A DNA stretch of 64,000 bases from Trichodelitschia bisporula (lineage: Eukaryota). Both the position numbers and the translations under genes were made by a program. This document shows positions 1-9,774 of this stretch, piece by piece. The stretch is from contig ML996696.1 in assembly GCA_010356995.1 (NCBI GenBank), forward strand, positions 498,364 to 562,363. The letters run 5' to 3'. A model generated the notes under the pieces. It was given only the letters and a program-made list of their open reading frames with translations, had not been told where the DNA came from and made no database searches. How positions within the stretch are numbered: the first letter of the stretch is position 1; every line of letters starts with the position of its first letter.

Positions 1-3000
1 AGTGGAGCATGTCGGTCATCGTTTCTGCGCGAGTTTCTGCGCCTAGATTCTGCAGATGCCAGGGAAGCTTCAATGAGATGACGAGCTAGCCGACAATGCT
101 GCTCTGCAGTCCCCAGCACTCGAGATAGCCAGCCAACAACGCCCTTTCCGTGCTTCGCTGGTGACTGATTCACTTCGGCATGTCTCCTCGCGTTGCGCCA
201 GAGACGCTCTGTCACGTACGCTAAAGGCTTAAGTCCGATTCTTTCGACTAGGGGGCGAAGGGCGGCAACAATCTCATGAGTTGGCATCCAGCATCTGTGG
301 ACTTCCTGTGGGTGAGCGGATCACCTCGCTGATTGTTTCGACGAAACTGCCGAACCGAGAAAGCGATCCCCATCCAGCATGGGCGGTGGGGAAGCGTTGC
401 CCCGCAAAGTTGAGTCTGGTACAACCCATCGTCGGCTCAACGTGCTCTTTACTGGATGTCCGATTTGTGAACCTTGACCGCTCCATGTTCTACTTTCTGG
501 CCTATGGTGAAGTGGCAGCTGTCCTGAATCTGATATTTGCTTCGAAGTTCGGGCCGACCCAGTTCCAAATCTACAAGGAAGCACCGGGGCTGAATGAACC
601 CCCAATGACAACCTGGATCGCATATCAATCGCGAGGTGCTTCCTGTAGACTCCTCTTAGCAATTACGACCTAGGCAATCCAGGGTGAGCTGTTCTGCAAT
701 TCGGGTATCAAGCTTAGCTGAATGGGTAACCCCGATGCTGGTGCTGTTTTGTCCAGACCTTCGTGCGGGTCTATAGGGTACTCAAGGCAACGCGGTATGG
801 TTGAACAGCTGTACCAGTTCAGATCAGCAATGATCGCGCAGAGTCAATGTGCTGTTGCTTCAACTTCTAAGTATTGGATCCGGCCTCCGCCATCAGCCCC
901 CTCTCGTATCACGCGATTTCGTTGAACTCTCAGGCTTTTACCGTAGTTCCTTCGCGATCTAACAAGCAAGTGCGACTCTGGTACCACTTCCGGGTATCGT
1001 ACCGTACTCGATCGGATCTCGGAACTCTCCGTATCTGGCCCCAATGTGCGGAACAGCCTATGTTCCACAAGATCTCAAGCCTCGGGTCCAGCCCAGATAT
1101 AATGTGCAGCAGAAATGTCTAAAGGAACAGACCATTACATCGAAACCCCGGAGAACAGGCCGTCACGAGCGACCTTGCTGGGTGCATTAATTGAACACGA
1201 ACTGTTGTGCTACCACAATATGTGATTATGTGCTGAAAACATGCGCAGTCTCAACCATGAAGCACCTTTGCACCGGACAATGACATATCATTCGCCTGCT
1301 AGAGCCTGAAGATGAACATACTCTTGGTCCATCTCCTTCGGCATTTATTTGGCCACCATGTTAGTTCGAACGCCTCACGAAAGCCTTACAGTTGCCGTTC
1401 TTCTCGATAACTTGCCCAAGTCATCCATCCGCTCTACGGTTGCTGCGATCCAGATGACACAGCATCCGGTCTCGGCCGCAAAGCACCATCATGTCTTATC
1501 CTACGGTTCGTAGGCTGTTTGCTGCGCACGCATACACTGTGGTTAATAACCCATTGTGCTCTTGTGCAAAGTTGTTTGCTCTTATCATCGTCCAGTGCTT
1601 GATGCTTCATCCCATCACGCGCACTTTCGGATCTTGGTATGTTGTACACCGTACAGTCTGTCCTTGCTCAAGGCTGGAGCTGTACTTGCGAGGTGTGGAG
1701 TCCGTAGACTCGAACACTGGCGCGACAATGAGACCGGCTCCGGAGTTGATGTCGAGCCCTCACCATGACAGCTTTCAAGGCCGTATGCGGGTGGCATGAG
1801 GGGCCATGCTTGTTTAGCAACTTGGTATTTCCTGGAGACGAGGGATATGTTTAGATGGAAAAGAATCCTTGGGCCTGAAGATGTCGTACCCTGCGGGTCG
1901 GGAGATCCTGTTCTCTAGCGTCGGAAGGCTTTGCCGACTGGTTGAGGGGTCCGTGAAGACACCGCTAAAACAGAATATGGCGCGGTTGGAGGAAAAGAAT
2001 CGTAGAAGCGGAAACAATTAGCATCTCAATGAACGCGTACCATGAATTCAAATGGAACAACATCCAGGACGACGGGAATGGCACATCATGGTTGGAGTTG
2101 GTATGAGAGCGGCGAAACCAAGGTCTGCCTTCATAAATTATTAGCCTCGAACGTGGGAGATAAACAATACTGAAGATACACCACCAGTTTCGTTATGAGG
2201 CCGCTCAGCGAGCTCTGCCGTGATCACTGAAGCCGAACCAAGTCCATTCGCATGATTAGTGATCCAACATGTCTAGCCCAGTCAACCCACAAACGTCCTC
2301 AATCGCTGCCAGGTCGCTGTTGTGCGCAAAACGCGCTGTCTGAAAACATCTCATGCTTACTGGGGAACTGAAATCGTGAAAGAAGTTGTGTTGTCGGATT
2401 TGAAATCTGCTTTGATTGGGTGTCAGCGCCGTCCGGGATGACCGCCTAACCAGAAAAAGACCTGGCGATATCGGGGAAGTCGGCCACATAGGTCAGAGAA
2501 ACACACCTCAGCAGCGGTTGATGTTTAAGGAATACAGCCCCTCAACGTGGACATTGCCTTCAGACAGCTCCTCGTCGTTAGCGAGGCCATTTTAGATGTT
2601 GGGTTGTATCGCATCATTTCATAGCTGAGTAACTTTGAACCCTGTCCTGACGGTCTTCAGCCCGATTAGGCCAGTACTCTGCGGGACAGAGGTTGTGTGT
2701 CGGAAGCCCACAAAGGCTTCCCTTCCATAGGCGAGACGAGTGTGGCCGGTGCATGTGAATGGGACGTAAGCCAAGGCTTTCGGGGACGAAGTACATGATC
2801 CGGCTTGAAGCCCGTCTGCCCAGCCTCAGGCTACTACCTTGCACAAGGCGAAAATCCATCCCGACAAGCAGAAGCAAGGCCAATGGTCAAGGTCGCCTTC
2901 TCAACGGAAAAGGCTGCGACCCTTTGCCGCCCCCAAACGGGATCTGCGACGTGGAGAAGATGCTGCCACGTCCCCTCACCCTAGGTGAACCCGTTTGCCG

Positions 3001-3452
3001 ACGCCGATGAACCTTCAGGCTGGCAGCAACCCTCTGCTAGCCTGACACAGCCCAAATACTGACAGCGTTTTAACCTGGGGAGCGAATTCGATTGAGGGTT
3101 TGTATGGTGAAACCCAGCACGATTAACGATAAGGTAGAGAGACGTGCAAACCCTGTCGAGGGCGACGACGAACTTCGTCCATGCTTGGATCTGATATCCA
3201 GGCCTGAGGTTAAAAGATGAGTGAAGGCCGTACCCGTATGCGACGACAAGGTGAAAAAGCGGCACAGCCTTACAAAAGGTTAAAGATAGCCACGGTCCGT
3301 CGTCAACATTCTGTCGAATCGTGTTTCCGTCTGGTGGGGAGACCCTAGAACCCCGGTAGAAGCACGAAAGACGTTCCAACTTTGGGGTTTTACCGGGTCT
3401 TCCCTTGCATCAAAGCTCGCTTTGTCAGGCAAAGCGGCTGGCGGACGATAGA

Positions 3453-3539
3453 CCGAGGGCTATCCGAAAAAGTTGTGGCCGCCCTCTCTGGAGGTCTTTG
3501 CCGACGACGGCGTCCACGACTTTTTCGGATGGCCCTTGG
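3453..3539 (+). repeat. Long imperfect inverted repeat / hairpin element (copy 1)
   Basis: Arms 3453-3483 (ccgagggctatccgaaaaagttgtggccgcc) and 3509-3539 (ggcgtccacgactttttcggatggcccttgg): 27 Watson-Crick pairs, 3 G-U pairs, 1 mismatch, 25-nt loop. Confidence 0.9.
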
Positions 3540-6055
3540 ACCAGCCTTCGCATTTCTGTAGATCCCACTGCTTGCTGTCGGGCCTTCAGCGCTCATGCTC
3601 ACCTGGCGACGGTAGAGGCCTCGTCCTTGACCATGTACGGCTCTGTGGGATATGAGACTGCCGTACGGTGGGCGCTGGCGTGAAGCCGGCGAGCGGGGCT
3701 CGTAGGATTGCGTCATGGCGGGGCAAGATCATCGGAGCATACGTAGTGGTCAGTTCTAGGTCTTTAACCCGTTGCAGTAAGCAGGGTACGGATATGTGGA
3801 TGTGGAGAGGGTTCGGCACCATGAGCGAATCTTCGCTGCCGAATATGGAGCGAGCAACCATCTGAATGGTTACTGTAGCAAGCTCCGCGCGGCTTGTACC
3901 ACCAAATGCCGCTCATACATTGTGCAAACGAGGTTGGCCCGCGGGCTCGCTATCCAGCTGCGCCACAGCGATATGCGCTGGGATTGCGAAACACATCCAA
4001 TGCTCGATACTGAGGTCTGCATGCGTCCTGCACGCTTTCCACCCTCTGCCACCATCTGAGACCACCTTCCGCAACTCCGTTACAGACCCGCTATGAGCAT
4101 GTTCAAAGCATCTTAGTGTTAGCCGGTGCTTGATGGCGAAGGGCAAAATACGCTCACGGTACAGCGCGCGAAAGACGGGCAGCCTTAAGTCGAGACACTG
4201 CATCAGTCACCTCGAGAATGAACAAAGCTCGTATGACGGGGCTTGAATGAGGCTGAGAAGGCAACTCATTTACCATCGGAGGCCAGTTTGAGCGGCAAAC
4301 AGTGCTGGAAGTTTTGGGGAGAGTTTGCGCAATCCGCACGCCGTACGAAGTATGGAGGTCAAGATGAGGGATGCTTCGGACGCCCGGTCGCATTTCAGAT
4401 CCCCCAGAAACATAGTCCATTCGAACCCAGTGGTCGTTTTGGTTCGCCTGGAACGAAGGTTAACCATTTAGACGCCGTCATGAAGGCTGAGCATGCGGCA
4501 CAACTTACCCGTCAGTTATCGACAGGGTGGCGCGAGTGGAGAGTGCATCCGCTGCTGCTTTTCGTCGCCGAGAATTCTTCCGCCGGCTGCTCCGCCGCAT
4601 CATTCACACCAATCAAGCCGGGAGTCTCCGGTCAAATTCGTGCGGCTGTGGGTGCCAGAGCCTTCCCAACTGAGCTGGCACCAGTAGCTCAACGACGGCG
4701 TCAAGCGGCATGGAGCTGAAGTTAATCCGCGCGAGGGACGAAGGCGAATATCTTCCCAAACGAGCCAGGAAAATACGAAGCCATTGGAGAGTGGAGCGAA
4801 TTAGCTCCGAAAGGTTTCAAGAATTGTCGTGCTTGTTCCGCTGACTGTGGCAGTCCATGATTCTCGTTGTTGTGTGCGTGGCTGGTGCAGTTGGCTGTTG
4901 TTTGCTGCGGGGTTGTCATAAGCTTCATGCAACGTCCCGCGGGGAGCACCTTTTGAACCAATTGCCCACATGGCCTGCACTGACAAGGACAGGCACTCGT
5001 CCCGAGTGTGCAGTAAGTTCGTCGGAGTGGCTGGAAACCTGTCCCACTGGCTCCCATAGCAGCTGTAGGGTTTATTGGTGGCTGGAGGCAGTGTGTGTTA
5101 TCTGGGAATGGCAGTGCTTTCCCAGCACAGCGAGAGAGGCCTTGCTGTTGACTGAGCAGCTTCAATCCAGTACTGTGATAATCAGCCATCATACTTCAAG
5201 GACGAGATGAAGCTGGGTTGGACTCACGTATCGAGAGCTCAAGTTGGCAAGCTTACGGTTCGATTCCGGTAACTTGCCTGTTATCATCAAGCTATTCTAA
5301 GAAGTCGATGGGGCTGTGGTGGATGGTGATCAAGAAGCAAGATAAGAGAGTCATCGATCCTGAAGTGCGCGGATGCGAACTGACGGTGAACCAAATGAAG
5401 ACCCTAAGCAACGAGGCGGGGTATCATCCGCCACACTTCAACTCTCGGCGGCCAACTCATGATTGCACAGGGGACGATACGGATGTAGATGCTGCCGGCA
5501 CCAAGCGTCGAGCGATGGCGGCTTGTAGTTGACTTCCTACAGACGTACGCCCGGCCTTTGTGCATGTACGCAGTACAACTCTCAACAATCCAAAGGTGAA
5601 ATCATGAGGATTTGGCTGCCGAATCGATGTCAGAGAGGCTCTTAGTCTTCAGTAAATGCACCCCACATTGACCTTAAGACCGACTTGGGGTTAGCCGTCG
5701 GGATCCCGGCACGGAGCAATTATCTGCCATGTGGCCACCTCGTTTATCGTGGTCGCCGGTCGGTCATCACCGAACTTCGTACATGGGTGTTTAGAAGTAG
5801 GACCACCATTGCTACGTAGTATCCAATATCAATGGATGGATGCAGTCTCAAGCCGAAGCTCTGAAGTCGAGGACTGTTCGAAATAAGCGCTAGAACTAGA
5901 ATTGCCCATGACACGGCGTTTAGAGTTCGCTCCTCTATCACCGCGGCTACAGTACTGTACGGTGGTAAGGTCCTGACGGCTTCTCTGCTTCCGAGCCGTA
6001 ACGGGTTTATTGAGGCGGTCTGGCGATACGAGCCGCTGACGCTACCATACAGGTT

Positions 6056-6141
6056 CCAGGGCCTCCCGAAAAAAATCTTGGCCGCCCTGTCTGGGCGTCT
6101 TTGCGGACGGGGGCGACAACGACCTTTTCAGGTAGCCCTTG
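6056..6141 (+). repeat. Diverged second copy of the hairpin element
   Basis: Aligns by eye end to end with 3456-3538 (agggc..ccgaaaaa..tggccgccct.tctgg..gtctttgc.gacg..ggcg.c.acgac.ttttc.g.t.gcccttg). Self-complementarity is partly decayed. Confidence 0.8.
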
Positions 6142-7983
6142 CCTTTTTGCTGGAAGGGATTTTTCTTCCTGCCGAGCTGTCTTCTCGCGCGTGAAAGGGA
6201 GAGACTTGACGTCTGTTTCGCAGCGGTACTTTTTTATGTAGTAGTCGCGTCCTAGAACTAGTACGTTGTACGAACAGCTGTTGGCAAATTGGATGCAGAG
6301 CATCATCTTACCCCCGTTTCTTGGGCACCAGTTGCATCGCTAATCGCATCTCTATCCCGTAGCCAATCATCAAGGCTCAATCCACAGCTCACATTTCCTC
6401 ATTGGGATTTGGTGGACAAATATTCCGCATCTGAGGCCAAGCCTCAAACTCACTCCATTAGTGATCAGTGATCTTGATGTGTGGGCCAGCCTTTGATCTA
6501 TGGATAACTTTGTATTCCTCCATTCTCACCCAAGCATCCTGACTGCTACTCATAACTTCATGAAAGTGGCATCATAATGATTGTTGGGATGCACAGGAGG
6601 CTGACTGACTGTGTTTCTTCTGGGGTTCGACACCAGGGGGCATCGCCTTCAGAATCTAGCCGCCCTACCCGTACCTCAGCCATTGGTCGTTGCGCAAGGC
6701 CTGCTTTGACGCCTTTCTGTCCATGGCCACCACGATCACAGCCCCTGCCGTACCCGTACCGTGCTATCCAGCCCCCGACGCCCTCGATCGAACCGAAAAG
6801 GGTTGCCGTCCATCGGGACGACAAAGCTCATCCCAATTTCCACAATTCCATATCGCTTCTTCTGAAGGCGACATGGCAATGAGTGAGCGGGGGGGAGGGG
6901 GGGAGAATCTATTGTCGCCTTCTCCTCATCCGTTTGTAGACATCACTGGTCAACTGAGCCGGTGGTTGGAAGAAATTGACGGAATGGACGCGCACCATAG
7001 CACATAACGGGCATTTAAGCACTTTCTTACTTTTTTTCTCGTGAAGCGCGGGCCCTTGGTTACAGTGGGTCATATCCCATAACTCCTACAACGTACTACA
7101 TTCACAGTTGCCTGAATGCACAGCTTCGTTGGTACTCGTACGTACAATCAGAGGATGGTGACCGACACCTAAGCAGCGTGTACCACAATACGCACAGAGA
7201 TCTTGCCTACTGTGGGACATGTGTACGATTGGTGTTGATTCGAGCAATGACGGACCGTTCCAGGTTTTGTCTCAAAGTGGCCAGCTGCAACATTCCCCAT
7301 GTGGCTGTGTTTCGACTGCCCCCACAACGCATCGATCCCGAAGTGGATACCTTTCGTCACCAGTTTCGGAGGGCGGGGAAGCTTGAACTCCCGTTGAACT
7401 GGGGAAGGGTGAGAAACAAGGCACAGCTTTCGTTGCGAAAGATGGTGGAGCGAGTGGTAGAGCGGCGCTTGATGAAGCTTCGAGGAGGGAACCCAGTCCA
7501 CTGGCAATGCTCGTGCCTGATGTTTCCCTTTCCTCGACGCCCTGCCGCCCTGTGGAAACAACAGGCCGTAGGGCAGGGTGACGACGGGCCTGCGGGCTTT
7601 CTGCGCAGCCGTGGCGTGCGCCCGCTTGCGCGCTCATGCGCCACCTCGACTAGCTCAGAGTTAGGAACCTCTACGCAGTAGTCTAGTCTACGGGTAGTAG
7701 TCTCGGCGTCATTGAAGCATTCCCGGCCCCCATCTCTCTTTCTACTACCTCGCTACCACTACGGTACCACAGTACCACTGTGGTAGCCTTATCTTCTTCG
7801 ATCACGTCTTCTAAGTTCTCGAACCTACGGACTCAAAACAGGGAAAGTCATATGAGGGCATCGGTCGCCGGCGGGTAAGGGAAGCGATGGGACCCGATTC
7901 CTAAGCATAGGTTAGGGGACACAGCAGCCCACTCTAGATGGGTGAGGGCGCCAATGGTTGCGTTGTTCCAATGATTCAGTAGT

Positions 7984-8076
7984 GGGGGGGGTTTGACAAT
8001 TGCAAAGAAGGGGAAAAGGGCTTAGCTGGGGGGGGGGGGGTTGAGTGGAGAGGAGGGTTTGGTATGGGGGTTGGGG
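7984..8076 (+). repeat. Cluster of poly-G tracts (G-quadruplex-capable)
   Basis: G8 at 7984, G4 at 8010, G3 at 8018, G13 at 8028, G3 at 8055, G5 at 8066, G4 at 8073. Confidence 0.6.
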
Positions 8077-9385
8077 AATTGATGAGAGAAGGAAGCTTGT
8101 TGGAGCTTGCCGAAGGGATAGCTTACGGATTGAGAGAGAGTACAGTACTACGTAGTAGAGAGAGAGAAAGAGAAGGCGTGAGGTTTTCTTACCAGGGTTC
8201 AGCGGGATTTCAGCTGGGCCACTTTGCTGCGTTGGCAGAGGGTTTTGGTGTGAGGCCAAATTTGGATGCAGCGTGGCTGATAGATGGCTGATGGATGGCT
8301 GATGGAGATGGCTGATGTCTTGGCTAGCATAATCTGACCCTTTCTCTTCCCCAACCCTTGCAAAAAGGTAAGAGCTCCTTACCAAACGGCCTCAAGCCAC
8401 TTACGGTTTAGTTCAGAAAACTGGGCCACTACTGGACTGGCCGCCGCACATTGCCCCACCACTCCGCAAGCGGCTCCTGCGCCTTCGCGATCAAGCATGG
8501 GCAGGATCTACCGGCAACCTTGAAAATGTGAAGTTCTGCAAAAAAAAGAAACAGCAAAGCAAAGCAAAATGCTGCATGCAAACCCGCTCAAAGCTTCACC
8601 AGCTCCATGTTTGAGCCCAGATACGTTGTAAAAACGGCCACTTACGCATGTAACTGAAGCCATAACCGCCTCAACTGTTTGTTGGTACATTCATAGGGTC
8701 GAGGCAGAAGGGAAAGAATAGAAGAAGAATAGGTAATGGTTAGGACATGTCGTTGCATTGTTCGAGGTTCGAGTGTTCAAGACCCTGCTGGCCCAGCCGA
8801 GTTATCAGTTCAGGACTGTCACTCAGCCCACCCCATACATACGGTGTATCCCCAGCCCGTATGTTTAGTTCTCCCAATCCATCCCCATCTTTTTTTTTCT
8901 GAACTCTCGTCTCTCCACCCACACCCGCTTTTTCTCCATCAGAAACACATCCACCTTCGTTTTCCTTGCTGCTCGTCCCCGCATTCCCACAAAGCTCGGT
9001 CTCAGTGCTTAACGTACATACATTGTACTCGGCAGCCTACCCCGCCATCCCGCCTTGCATCCAACAATCTGTACTAACTTCATCTCCTCCCCCGCACTTT
9101 CTCACCGTTATTACATATCTGTCGCTTCCGTCTACCACCCCCCCCCCCCACCATCTGAACCTCCTCGCTCTTCTCCCTACACCATCAATCGATCCGGGCA
9201 CTTGTCCTCTTCGCCCGGCGGCGTGAGGCCGGGGAAGTCCAAAATATCAAATCTGAGCTTTAGCTCAAAAGAGCCCCTAGGCGTCTCATCAGCTTCGTTC
9301 ACCCGTGTGTGATCTGACTCAACTTCGTGGACCTTCTCTGACCTAGAAGTTTGGCCAGCCTCCAGTCGGTTCGTTTTTTGTCTTG

Positions 9386-9445
9386 ATGGGCGCAAGGAAA
9401 GCCCATTCACCAAGAAGAGAAGCTGACCTTTCCGCCATTTGCTAG
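9386..9445 (+). promoter_or_regulatory. Candidate uORF (19 codons) in the CMR1 leader
   Basis: Only + strand ATG between 8864 and the CMR1 zinc-finger codons (~9810). Reads MGARKAHSPRREADLSAIC*, out of frame with CMR1. Transcription start unknown. Confidence 0.35.
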
Positions 9446-9774
9446 ATTTGTCCGCTGTTGGTTGCTCACTGCCCGTTTTGGAGTGGAAGGAGCCATCCAC
9501 TACTAATTGAGATCCGAGCCCAGCCATCTTCATTGAAGCCAGTGACGCTACAATCTGTTTTACCCTCAGCCTCGGCAATCGTCCATTGTTCCACGATTCA
9601 GTCTATCAACTCTGCTTTTCGGCAGGTTCTCAAAGGCAGCGTCTTGATCTATCCTCGCCATTGGTGAGCCAACGCAGTCCCATAGCTTGGCCGAATCGCA
9701 CACGTACCGACTTCACTTTCACTACATCCACCATTTCCGCCCCAACTTCCCCAGGTCCGCCCCCAACTGTCAAG

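Noticed and set aside
274..3379. Short ORFs at the left end as transposon or gene remnants
   Set aside because: No transposase, reverse transcriptase or other family motif recognised, and no terminal repeats seen.
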